Below are positions 52,567-62,067 of a stretch of 64,000 bases of DNA, piece by piece. The notes beneath the pieces were generated by a model, which was given only the letters and a program-made list of their open reading frames with translations, had not been told where the DNA came from and did not search any database. The stretch is from an uncultured Poribacteria bacterium (GTDB lineage: Bacteria > Poribacteria > WGA-4E > WGA-3G), in contig OX638351.1 in assembly GCA_951813565.1 (NCBI GenBank), positions 4,832,001-4,896,000 on the forward strand, in the 5' to 3' direction. The position numbers and the translations under genes were made by a program. Position 1 is the first letter of the stretch. Each line of letters starts with the position of its first letter.

Positions 52567-53886
52567 CACACCCAGGTGCTTGTCTATCTGCTTGAGAACG
52601 TTATCATAGTCGGCTTCTAATTCAAGCGGGGTGTTGAGGTATTGCGGTGTAGGTTGGCCAGGAACAATGTTGTGATATGCAACTTTGAAATCGGGAAATT
52701 TGAGTCCGTTAGCAGTTGAAATTACAATAACTCTATCACCTTTCTGGATCTGTTTACGTTCAAGCATTTTTATGAGTACGGCTAACGCAACACCTGTGTG
52801 CGGACAGTTGAACAGTCCCGTTCTATCAGCTCGGGCAGCTGCGTCTGCTAATTCCTTCTCTGTTGCCTGATCAACAATACCATCAAACTGGCGCAAGATA
52901 CGGATAGCACGATGAATAGAAACAGGATTACCTATCTGAATTGCCGTGGCTTGCGTGGATTGTGCAGTGATTGCTTTGAACTCTTTGAATCCGGTTTGGT
53001 AACTCCGATAGAGTGGATTTGCACGTTCAGCTTGTGCGCAAGCGATGCGCGGAAGTTTGTCTATGATACCAAGTTCACGCATCATTAAAAAACCTAAACC
53101 GAGAGCAGAGACGTTGCCGAGGTTACCTCCCGGTATGATAATCCAATCAGGCACTTCCCAATCAAACTGCTGGACGATCTCAATGCTGATAGTTTTTTGT
53201 CCTTCAATGCGAAGTGAATTGATAGAGTTAGCAAGATAGAAATCCTGACGAGCCGCGAGTTTTTGAACGATTGCCATACACCCATCAAAATCTGTCTCAA
53301 GCGAAAGTGTTAATGCACCGTTCGCAATAGGCTGAATTAGTTGCTCGCGGGTAACCTTTTCTTTCGGTAACAGAATGATAGCGGGGATTCCCGCTGCAGA
53401 TGCGTACGCAGCCAAAGAGGCAGAGGTATCGCCTGTAGAAGCACACATTACAGCGCGAATATTACCTGATTCAGAAATGATCTGCTTTACCATTGAGACA
53501 AGCACCGTCATCCCAAGGTCTTTGAATGAACCTGTATGACTAATTCCACACTGCTTTATCCAGAGATCCGAGAGTCCGAGTTGTTCACCGAGACGTTCTG
53601 CCCAAAATAGATTTGTACCGCCTTCATACATCGAGATGATGTTTTCGTCATCAACAATTGGACAAACGAGTTCTTTTTTTCCCCAAACACCGCTACCATA
53701 CGGATATTGTGTCCGCATATAGCGCTGTTCAAAAAGAAATTTCCAGTCATCAGCACTCCGTTGTTTCAACACGTCCATATCGTGCTGAACTTGGAATAAT
53801 CCATCACAATTTCTACAGCGATAGATTACCTCTGTTAAGGGATAAGTGCATCCTAAGTCACATTCAAACCAAGCGTTGTAATTCAT
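52564..53886 (-). CDS. thrC: Threonine synthase
   Basis: HTGSFKDLGM, CASTGDTSA, RIEGQKT, PGGNLGN, STANGLKF. Confidence 0.94.
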   Translation of the reverse strand: MNYNAWFECDLGCTYPLTEVIYRCRNCDGLFQVQHDMDVLKQRSADDWKFLFEQRYMRTQYPYGSGVWGKKELVCPIVDDENIISMYEGGTNLFWAERLGEQLGLSDLWIKQCGISHTGSFKDLGMTVLVSMVKQIISESGNIRAVMCASTGDTSASLAAYASAAGIPAIILLPKEKVTREQLIQPIANGALTLSLETDFDGCMAIVQKLAARQDFYLANSINSLRIEGQKTISIEIVQQFDWEVPDWIIIPGGNLGNVSALGLGFLMMRELGIIDKLPRIACAQAERANPLYRSYQTGFKEFKAITAQSTQATAIQIGNPVSIHRAIRILRQFDGIVDQATEKELADAAARADRTGLFNCPHTGVALAVLIKMLERKQIQKGDRVIVISTANGLKFPDFKVAYHNIVPGQPTPQYLNTPLELEADYDNVLKQIDKHLGV

Positions 53887-54515
53887 TATTCTGTTCCCTC
53901 CTGAACGACGTGGATACTCTCAAGACTATTTGATGTAGAAAGAAGTTGCTCAATCTCTTCAAGAGAAGGCAATTCAGATGGGTCTTTCAACCCGAATTGT
54001 TGAAGAAAAGTATCAGTAGTAGAAAAAAGGAGGGAACGTCCGGCACCCTCTTTTCTGCCCGACACGCAAACGAGGTCTTTCTCAACAAGCGCATTGATAA
54101 CACTATCGCTGTTAACGCCGCGAATTGTTGACACGTCACTGCGCGTGACAGGTTGCTTGTAGGCAACTATAGCGAGTGTTTCTAATGCTGAAGGGGATAA
54201 CGTCACGCGCACCTGCTGGATATAAAACTTCCGAATCCACTCTGAAAATTCTGGACGGGTACAAATTTGATAACCATTAGCGATTTCAATCAAGTGAAAA
54301 CTTCGATTCATCTGTTGATAATCATCACGAAGTTCGGCAAGTGCCCTCCGAATTTCTCGAACTGTTATGTTCGGAAGTGCGTGTTGAAACTGTTTCACTG
54401 AAATCGGTTCGCTGGCGGCAAATAGAATCGCTTCCAATATCGATTTTGAATTTTCTTCAGACATCACATTTAATGAGGTTATCGGAAGTTCGGCAATAGC
54501 ATTTTCTGAATCCAT
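53886..54515 (-). CDS. scpB: SMC-Scp complex subunit ScpB
   Basis: LEAILFAA, LS..ALETLAIVAYKQPVTR..V..IRGV, TT..FL..FGL. Confidence 0.94.
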   Translation of the reverse strand: MDSENAIAELPITSLNVMSEENSKSILEAILFAASEPISVKQFQHALPNITVREIRRALAELRDDYQQMNRSFHLIEIANGYQICTRPEFSEWIRKFYIQQVRVTLSPSALETLAIVAYKQPVTRSDVSTIRGVNSDSVINALVEKDLVCVSGRKEGAGRSLLFSTTDTFLQQFGLKDPSELPSLEEIEQLLSTSNSLESIHVVQEGTE

Positions 54516-54538
54516 TTTGATATAATTCCTATACTTTC

Positions 54539-55324
54539 CTATGCAGTTGATGCAGAATTTTCGCTGTCAACCGTTTTGATAATATAGATACTTTCAAACA
54601 AACCTGTTTGTACTGTAACAATTTTTCCTATTCGAATAAGTTCTAAAACTGCAAGAAATGTGACGATTAGATCAATCTTACTTGAAGATAGTGGAAAAAG
54701 ACTTTCGAAAAGCAATTGATCTTCACGTCCTAACTGGCTTTCGATATAAGCAATTTTGTCCTCAACAGTGATTGTTTCCTCTTCAACTGTCTGGTAATCA
54801 TCATCATCGGATTCAAGTTGTGTAATCTGGTCGTTAATGTTCTTAAACGCTGTGAGTAGGTCAAAAAGTGTGGCTTTAATCTCATAAGTACGTGTTTCGT
54901 CTAAATCAGCATGTAACTTTGAACTTCTGTTGTATATTGATGTGCGTTTTTCAGCATACATATCTAAAACTTGTGCCGCTTCTTTGTAACGTTTGTACTC
55001 TAAAAGTTGCTGGACAAGTTGTTCTTGATTACCTATTGGATGCTCAGAATCAGATGCAGTTTGTGGTAGGATGCTTTGTGATTTAATATGCAAAAGTGTT
55101 GCCGCCATCACCAAAAATTCCGCTGCTACATCCAAATCTAACTGCTCCATCAGATTTACATATTCCAGATAACGATCAGTAATTTTAGCAATCTGAATTT
55201 CGTAAATATCCATCTCCTCTTTCTGAATAAGATGGAGGAGTAGGTCAAGCGGTCCCTCAAAACCGTCGAGTTTAACAGAGTAAATCGGATGGGTAGTTGG
55301 CGTAGATGTGATATCCGTTAACAT
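54539..55324 (-). CDS. scpA: Segregation/condensation protein ScpA (kleisin)
   Basis: FEGPLDLLLHLI, AAEFLVMAATLL.IKS, TFLAVLEL. Confidence 0.95.
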   Translation of the reverse strand: MLTDITSTPTTHPIYSVKLDGFEGPLDLLLHLIQKEEMDIYEIQIAKITDRYLEYVNLMEQLDLDVAAEFLVMAATLLHIKSQSILPQTASDSEHPIGNQEQLVQQLLEYKRYKEAAQVLDMYAEKRTSIYNRSSKLHADLDETRTYEIKATLFDLLTAFKNINDQITQLESDDDDYQTVEEETITVEDKIAYIESQLGREDQLLFESLFPLSSSKIDLIVTFLAVLELIRIGKIVTVQTGLFESIYIIKTVDSENSASTA

Positions 55325-55375
55325 ACTTGTCTCAAGATAATTTATAGGTTTTTTGTATCGTATTGTTCAATTTTA

Positions 55376-56056
55376 CTACACTCCAACAATTTTTCCGATG
55401 AAACTAAAAATTACATGACTGACTATACCTAAAAACCGAAGTGGGCTCGGTATAGGCAGTAGAAACGGTAAAAAGATCAGACACATCAGAATTGGCATTC
55501 CGTAAGGGGCGAGTTTTGAAAATTGGCGTGATGCACGTTCTGGTAGCAAACCATTTACAACACTAAACCCGTCTAAGGGAAAAAGTGGAAGCATATTAAA
55601 TACTGCAAGGAATACACTTATGAATGCCGAATTTCTTAAGAATTGGTAAACTGCGAGATGAGTTTCCGAATTATAAGGCTCAAAGTTAACTGTAAGTTCT
55701 AAAATTTTAATGATGATGAAAATCGCGAAGGTCAACAGGATATTCATGAAAGGACCTGCTGCAGCAATTAGCATAATATCTCTTCTCGGACTTCTGAGAT
55801 TGTAAGGGTTCACAGGCACAGGTTTCGCCCAACCGAAGAACCCTCCACCTAAAAGTGAACCAATCAAAGGTAAAAACAGTGTCCCGATGGGATCAATATG
55901 CACAGCAGGATTAAGTGACATGCGTCCTTGATCACGCGCGGTTGAATCACCTAACATATCAGCAGATTTGGCATGTCCCCACTCATGGAAAGTTAACAGA
56001 ATGATGAACTGTGTTACGATTAGAATTGCTTGCCATATTGCGTTTGGATTAAACAT
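55376..56056 (-). CDS. Site-2 protease, M50 family
   Basis: HEWGH, LNP..HIDP.G, GWAKPVP, AAGP..N, FNMLP..PLDG. Confidence 0.92.
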   Translation of the reverse strand: MFNPNAIWQAILIVTQFIILLTFHEWGHAKSADMLGDSTARDQGRMSLNPAVHIDPIGTLFLPLIGSLLGGGFFGWAKPVPVNPYNLRSPRRDIMLIAAAGPFMNILLTFAIFIIIKILELTVNFEPYNSETHLAVYQFLRNSAFISVFLAVFNMLPLFPLDGFSVVNGLLPERASRQFSKLAPYGMPILMCLIFLPFLLPIPSPLRFLGIVSHVIFSFIGKIVGV

Positions 56057-56079
56057 ATTTTATCTGAATTCCATTCAAT

Positions 56080-57564
56080 TTACTCGAAGCGTAGTATTTT
56101 TTTAGCTGCTTGTTCTTTTATTAACTGAAAGTGTGGATATGCTTCTGATTTAGAATTAATTTTTCCGTCCAGTTGTGCCGCAAACAGATGCGACAGTATT
56201 GTATCAAAAGATTTTCCCGGTTTTTCACCCCACTGAATCAGGTCATCGCCTGTAGTAAAGGGATGTATCTTCCGCAGAGTGAGCAGGAAATCTACGATAT
56301 TCTTCCGTTGTATGTGTGATAAATTAGCATCCGAATATCCTAAAACAAGCGCTTCAAGGGAAAAAGATTTTAGGATTTGATAAATTTTGCTTGGTGCGAT
56401 TGTTTCAGATAAAGAACCTAAGACAGGCAACAATTGATGATATGCGGTTATTGGAGTCTGGACTTTATATACAATTCCACCTTCAAATACGTAAGTTAAT
56501 TTATTTTCATCATCAACGATGCACCATTTTCCGTTATGGTGCCGAATAGAAGCATTTTTAGATAGTTTCAAGCCAAGTTTTTCAAAAACGAATGGTATTG
56601 ATTTTTCAGAAGAAATTTCTTGATTCAACATTTGCGTTGCGCTTGCTATCCGGCGGAGTTGGTGCTCTAATACAAGACTAAAACAGAGTGCCTCAATCTG
56701 ATATATCTGCACCTCTTGGAAGTTTCCCATGCCGAATAGTGCCATCCATCGCACAATATTCGGTTGAAAATCTTCATCTGCGATATGCTCTGATGCCCAT
56801 GAGATTGCTTGTTGTACCGTTTGAAAATCAGAAGAGAAAGTAGGAGAGATTTTCCATCCGGAGAAGATTGCTTCATATACACCCAATTCAGCAAGTTTTT
56901 GAACAATTTGTGGTGCGTTGTTTTCAAGCAAGACTTTTTCTATTTCATTCCGTATACGTTCGCCGCTAAGTTGCGCTAAAAGTGGGATTGCCTCCTTTAT
57001 TAACAAAACATCCGTCTCTGCGACACAGAAGTCATAACGTCCGGCATATCTGCAAGCACGAAAGATACGAGTTGGATCATCCGTGTAACTTTGGTTGTGA
57101 AGAACGCGAATGGTACCAGTCTTGAGATCAACTATCCCCCCAGTTTTATCAATAATAGTTCCAAAAGCATTCGCGTCTAAACACATTGCTAACGCATTAA
57201 TAGAAAAGTCCCTGCGCTGTAAATCCTCTGTAATAGTGCCACGTTTTACCTTAGGTAACGTTCCGGGCTTTTGATACGTTTCACACCGTGCAGTGACAAA
57301 ATCAACTTTAGGTTTATTCGGATTTGCAGGTGTGACAGTTGCTGTGCCAAATTGTGGATGCTCTTGCAAGGCACCATTCCAACGTTTTTGCATCTCTTTT
57401 GCAACCCGAAGCGCATCTCCTTCCACCACAATATCAATATCAAAAGTTGGTTGTTTTAATAGAAGGTCCCGGACAGAACCGCCAACAAGATAAACATGTT
57501 GACCACCGATCTCGCCAATTTCATGTAACGTATGTGAAAGCGATTCGGAAATATCTGGTATCAT
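56080..57564 (-). CDS. CCA-adding tRNA nucleotidyltransferase / poly(A) polymerase family
   Basis: VGGSVRD, DIDI, RRDFSINALA, DDPTRIFRA, ERIRNE. Confidence 0.88.
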   Translation of the reverse strand: MIPDISESLSHTLHEIGEIGGQHVYLVGGSVRDLLLKQPTFDIDIVVEGDALRVAKEMQKRWNGALQEHPQFGTATVTPANPNKPKVDFVTARCETYQKPGTLPKVKRGTITEDLQRRDFSINALAMCLDANAFGTIIDKTGGIVDLKTGTIRVLHNQSYTDDPTRIFRACRYAGRYDFCVAETDVLLIKEAIPLLAQLSGERIRNEIEKVLLENNAPQIVQKLAELGVYEAIFSGWKISPTFSSDFQTVQQAISWASEHIADEDFQPNIVRWMALFGMGNFQEVQIYQIEALCFSLVLEHQLRRIASATQMLNQEISSEKSIPFVFEKLGLKLSKNASIRHHNGKWCIVDDENKLTYVFEGGIVYKVQTPITAYHQLLPVLGSLSETIAPSKIYQILKSFSLEALVLGYSDANLSHIQRKNIVDFLLTLRKIHPFTTGDDLIQWGEKPGKSFDTILSHLFAAQLDGKINSKSEAYPHFQLIKEQAAKKILRFE

Positions 57565-57627
57565 TTTCTTTTGTAGGGGAGGTGCTTAACTTGAACATTA
57601 TGAAGGATAGCGTCCATTTCTAAAATT

Positions 57628-58308
57628 TTATACAAACGCAAAAACGCGAGTTGGCGCGCCAGAACTACGTGCTAACTTTAGCGGCGCAATCACCACATAG
57701 AAATGTGTCGGTAGCTGACTCAAATTACACAAATCTTCCACATGCGGAATGCCTGCTCCCAGAAAGACAAGGTGTGCTGGCGGTAAACCGTCATGCAATG
57801 GGGGATGTCCTGCTACAGCGTCAATGCTGCATGCATCTGTACCGATAACCTTTATGCCTCTCTGGACGAGAAGTTCAGCCGCATCTTCACTAAAACCGAT
57901 CCATTCACGGTTAAAGTTCTCTTGATAAACAAATCTATCCATTCCTGTCCGCATAAAAACGATGCTGTCTTGTGGAATTTCTCCGTTTTCAGCAACCCAA
58001 GCCTCAATATCTTCGGCAGTCACTGCATCATTCGGTTTCTTAATCGCAGAAAAGTCCATTAAGACTGCGTGTCCAGTCAATTTTTCCTTCGGAATCTCTG
58101 CTACAGTAAACCCGTCTGGATACATTAGACAAGAAGCGTCAATATGTGTGGAGCAGTGACCGGACATGTCAACCCGGCTTTCAAAGTATCCATCCTTTTC
58201 TAATGTTGCCTGGTCGTAGATTTTGACAGGATCAATTGGCAACTCTCGCGGGCTATTCTCGTCAACGACATAAGACAGATCCAACACGTTTTGAAAGTCA
58301 AGGTGCAT
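57628..58308 (-). CDS. Cyclase / kynurenine formamidase-like protein
   Basis: DLS, HCSTHIDA, RTG, IGTD..SID, H...L......E.L.NL, GAPTRVFA. Confidence 0.82.
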   Translation of the reverse strand: MHLDFQNVLDLSYVVDENSPRELPIDPVKIYDQATLEKDGYFESRVDMSGHCSTHIDASCLMYPDGFTVAEIPKEKLTGHAVLMDFSAIKKPNDAVTAEDIEAWVAENGEIPQDSIVFMRTGMDRFVYQENFNREWIGFSEDAAELLVQRGIKVIGTDACSIDAVAGHPPLHDGLPPAHLVFLGAGIPHVEDLCNLSQLPTHFYVVIAPLKLARSSGAPTRVFAFV

Positions 58309-58389
58309 TTTGTTCTCTCATTCTTTTTTATCTGTTATAGATATAGTATAGCACATTTCGCATCATAATTCAAGCAGTAAAAACCGTTC

Positions 58390-58559
58390 GGGTGTGTAAA
58401 GTTTTTGTACAGAAATGACTGTCCCTATTGTAGGGCGGGGTCCCTGTGCCTCGCCAAATACCATACACGTGTTCGGCGTTGATTTGGATAAATCAGGCTT
58501 ACAAGGTCTCCCTCCACCAAGAAAGATGACCTGGCTAATAACAAAATATTTACACACCC
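58390..58559 (+). mobile_element. GGGTGTGTA-ended MITE
   Basis: TIRs plus perfect 9 bp duplication aaaccgttc. Confidence 0.88.
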
Positions 58560-58638
58560 AAACCGTTCTTTGAGTAACCTTAAAGGTGCATCCGTTGTTG
58601 TGTATTAAATGAAAACTATGTGCAAGTAAAGGAAACTC

Positions 58639-59523
58639 ATGCGTAATACAATTACTTACAGACACTGGCAGCCCGGTGATGATGACGCCGTTCTGAAATT
58701 GTTAGTGCCAGCTGAACAATGCAAGGAAGACTATTATCGGAGAAAGTTTAACGATCCATCACTTGAGCCTGAAGGCATTCGTATAGCATTAGTTGGTAAA
58801 AGGGTCGTTGGACATGTATATGGTTCTCAGACTTCGCTCATTGTTGAAGGAAAAGTCCAAGATTTTGGTTTGGTGACACTTGTATTTGTTGCTCCAGACA
58901 TGCGCCAACAAGGAATTGCAACCCGCTTGATGCAGGACCTAAATGCATACTTTGAGGAAAAAGGCTATAGAGGAAGCATTCTATATGTTGAGACTGCAGA
59001 AGCTTATCAACTGTATGAAAAAGTTGGATATCAAAAGGTTACCAGAGAGTTACGAACAGAACTTCCTGCTCGTCCCAATTCCTCTCCACTCAAATGGAGA
59101 GCGGTGAAAGCTGAAGATTTTGATATCTTACATCAACTGAAAAAGCGATGGGGAAATCAGAATTTTCCTATTTTTTGGAATCATCAAGTTAAAGAAATAC
59201 ATCAGTTTAGTATGAAACAGTATCGTGTCTTACGCCGCGGGACAAACATCATAGGTTATGCCAAATGGGATGAACCGTCTGGATATCGTCCACAAGGGTT
59301 GATTCGCGACCCAATAGCACCAGATGAAGATCCGATGGATATTATCACATCAGTCCAAGCAGAGATTACAGCAATGCATGCATGGCAAACAACTGAAGGG
59401 AGTAGATATGAAGACCCACTGTGTTCCCTCGGTTGCATACTCAAACCCACGAAGATGATCGATATGTTGGCATCCTTTGGTCAGGAGATTGATTTGTCCG
59501 AGATGCACCGGACCGTGTGGTGA
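58639..59523 (+). CDS. GNAT acetyltransferase (Eis-like), copy 1
   Basis: V.V.PDMRQQGIATRLM, A..LY.KVGY; 294 aa. Confidence 0.85.
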   Translation: MRNTITYRHWQPGDDDAVLKLLVPAEQCKEDYYRRKFNDPSLEPEGIRIALVGKRVVGHVYGSQTSLIVEGKVQDFGLVTLVFVAPDMRQQGIATRLMQDLNAYFEEKGYRGSILYVETAEAYQLYEKVGYQKVTRELRTELPARPNSSPLKWRAVKAEDFDILHQLKKRWGNQNFPIFWNHQVKEIHQFSMKQYRVLRRGTNIIGYAKWDEPSGYRPQGLIRDPIAPDEDPMDIITSVQAEITAMHAWQTTEGSRYEDPLCSLGCILKPTKMIDMLASFGQEIDLSEMHRTVW

Positions 59524-59665
59524 AGTATTATAGTAGATTTGAGAATTACTTGCACACTTTTGAACTGTCCGAGGGAATTCCGATTCCCGATATTCGCAAG
59601 AGGTCGCGATTCGGAGATCGCTCCTACAAAAAACGTGTAAACTTATTTTATATTCTACTATATAA

Positions 59666-59817
59666 ACCCAAGTTGCCACCTATTTGGCGAATGCTCTTGT
59701 GGGAGGTGTTTCTAACCCCGATTTATAACAAAAGATGTCCAGAATCAGCGAAAAATCCTTGTTTTCCAGTTAAAATAGTGGATGGCTGATTGAAATCTTG
59801 TCCGTAGCAACTTAGGT
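59666..59817. mobile_element. ACCYAAGTTGC-ended MITE (related inverted copy at 61662-61813 with 7 bp aatcata duplication)
   Basis: acccaagttgc / gcaacttaggt IRs; internal similarity to 61662-61813. Confidence 0.72.
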
Positions 59818-59922
59818 TATCATAAAAACATTATAGGGAAATCCCATGGATATAAAAGAAATTTATAGGTGGCAACTCAGGTTGTTAATAATGAAAACTA
59901 TTTTGCAAACTTTAGGGGACTC

Positions 59923-60807
59923 ATGCATAATACAATTACATACAGACATTGGCAGCCTGGTGATGATGACGCAGTTTTAGAGCTGTTAGTCCCTGCTGAA
60001 CAAGTCGACGAAAATATCTATCGAAATAAATTTGAAAGTTCACACATTGAAGCAGAAGGAATACGTTTAGCACTCCTCAATGAAAGAGTCGTGGGGCATG
60101 TATGGGGTGAACCCCGTTCATTCTACACCGAGGACAAGTTCCAGAGGTTTATAATAGTAGGAGCTGTCTATGTTAATACAGATATGCGTCGTCAAGGGAT
60201 TGCAACCCGTTTGATGCAAGAACTGCATGCACACTTCCAGAAAGCGGGCTATCGTGGAAGTATTCTTGATGTTGATACAGAAGAAGCAATTCGATTGTAT
60301 CAGAAAGTTGGCTACCAGAAATTCACGCAAGAACTTCAAACACAACTTCTACCAAATTCTAATGTCTCGCAACTCAAATGGACAGAGGTGAATCTAAAAG
60401 ATTTAAGTGCCTTTCCGCAATTGGATGAGAGATGGGCAAAACACAATTTTCCAGTTGAATGGAATTCACAAGGTATGAAAGTACATCAGGACAACATGAG
60501 CGGGTATCGCGTTTTGCGTCATGGTCAAAAAATTATTGGTTATACAAGATGGGAAGAACCTTCTGGATATTATCCACATGGGTTAATCCAGGACCCTATC
60601 GTGCCGGAGATGGACTCGATAGAAGTTATTGCGTCAGTACAGGCAGCAATCCCAGCACCGCGCGCATGGCAAACTTGCGAAGGAAGTAAGTATGAATTCC
60701 CACTCCGTTCCCTTGGATGTATACTCCAGCAAGGAAAGATGGTCTATATGGTTGCATCTTTTGGTCAGGAGATTGATTTGTCCGAGATGCACCGGACCGT
60801 GTGGTGA
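59923..60807 (+). CDS. GNAT acetyltransferase (Eis-like), copy 2
   Basis: Paralog of copy 1 with the same 294 aa length from MHNTITY. Confidence 0.85.
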   Translation: MHNTITYRHWQPGDDDAVLELLVPAEQVDENIYRNKFESSHIEAEGIRLALLNERVVGHVWGEPRSFYTEDKFQRFIIVGAVYVNTDMRRQGIATRLMQELHAHFQKAGYRGSILDVDTEEAIRLYQKVGYQKFTQELQTQLLPNSNVSQLKWTEVNLKDLSAFPQLDERWAKHNFPVEWNSQGMKVHQDNMSGYRVLRHGQKIIGYTRWEEPSGYYPHGLIQDPIVPEMDSIEVIASVQAAIPAPRAWQTCEGSKYEFPLRSLGCILQQGKMVYMVASFGQEIDLSEMHRTVW

Positions 60808-60852
60808 AGAGTATGGTCCTAAAAACGAAGGACAAGAATCTATGGAGTCACA

Positions 60853-61626
60853 TCATTGTTCTTCATTAAAATAATCAAGGATTGTATTATGCAGGATTCT
60901 ATTTGTTGCTACCAATGAAGCAGTGTCTTTTGTGATGGCTTGTCCTTGTATATCTGTCACTTTCCCACCAGCTTCCCGCGCAATAACAGTAATTGCAGCA
61001 ATGTCCCAAATACTAATCGCCGCTTCAATCACAGCATCCACTCTACCAGAAGCGACAAGGTGATACATATAAAAATCGCCAAATCCCCTTGTGCGTGCAG
61101 CATCGTTGATAAGGTTGTAAATACCGGGGAAAGTGCCTTTCTCTACAAACCATTTCAACCCGCCATGGCATACCATTGCGTCTGTAGGTTCTGAAACATC
61201 GGAAACGTTGATCGGTTCACCGTTCAGGAATGCCCCATTGCCAACTTCAGCATAAAGAAGTTCGTTTAATAATGGCGCATTAGAAACACCGAGGATAAGT
61301 TCGTCATCTTTCATTAGGGCAATCTGTGTGCCGAAGATCGGAATTTTCCGAATGTAATTCTTCGTAGCATCAATCGGATCAATAATCCACATATAAGGTG
61401 ATGTGCCTTCTTGCGTTCCGTACTCTTCACCCAAGAACCCGTGGTCGGGAAATGCCTGCGTGATGGTTTCTCTGATCGCTTTTTCCGCTTCAGTATCGGC
61501 GCGGGTAACTGGGGTTTCGTCTGCTTTTAGTTCAACTTTCAATGTATTCCCAGTATAGTATGATGTAATAATCTTTTCTGCGTTTTTTGCCGCCTCTAAA
61601 GCAACGGTTAAAAATTGGCTGGTCAT
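60853..61626 (-). CDS. Inositol monophosphatase family, probably HisN-type histidinol-phosphatase
   Basis: K.DETPVT.AD, GEE, WIIDPIDATKNY, R.RGFGDFY, WDIAA. Confidence 0.82.
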   Translation of the reverse strand: MTSQFLTVALEAAKNAEKIITSYYTGNTLKVELKADETPVTRADTEAEKAIRETITQAFPDHGFLGEEYGTQEGTSPYMWIIDPIDATKNYIRKIPIFGTQIALMKDDELILGVSNAPLLNELLYAEVGNGAFLNGEPINVSDVSEPTDAMVCHGGLKWFVEKGTFPGIYNLINDAARTRGFGDFYMYHLVASGRVDAVIEAAISIWDIAAITVIAREAGGKVTDIQGQAITKDTASLVATNRILHNTILDYFNEEQ

Positions 61627-62067
61627 GAATTCTCCTATCTATAGTTCAATTTACAATCATAACCTAAGTTGCTACGGACAAGATTTCAAGCTTGCAGACA
61701 TTGCTTTTTACTGAAAAACAAGGATTTCCAGCTAATTCTTATGCTTTCTTTTCTAAATCGGGGTTAGAAACCCCTCCTACAAGAGCATTCGCGATATAGG
61801 TAGCAACTTGGGTAATCATAGTGAAATCTAAAATTAATTGGACAGTTCTTTATAGGTTTGCTGCGTTTGTAGTCGCGCAATTCATTGCGCCTCTTCCTGT
61901 GAATCAACGCCAAATACCAAACGCGTATTTGGCGTTGATTCGCAGGTCGCGACTTTAAAACTGTAGAACACTTTGTCCGCGCCGAGTGACAATGTCCAGT
62001 TAATTGTAAAACCCACTATAATGAGACATCGTAAATCGGCGCGCTTACAAAGCGTGCCTACTACTTT

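Noticed and set aside
58639..60809. Diversity-generating retroelement TR/VR pair
   Set aside because: The shared block is identical rather than adenine-variable, and there is no reverse transcriptase in the window
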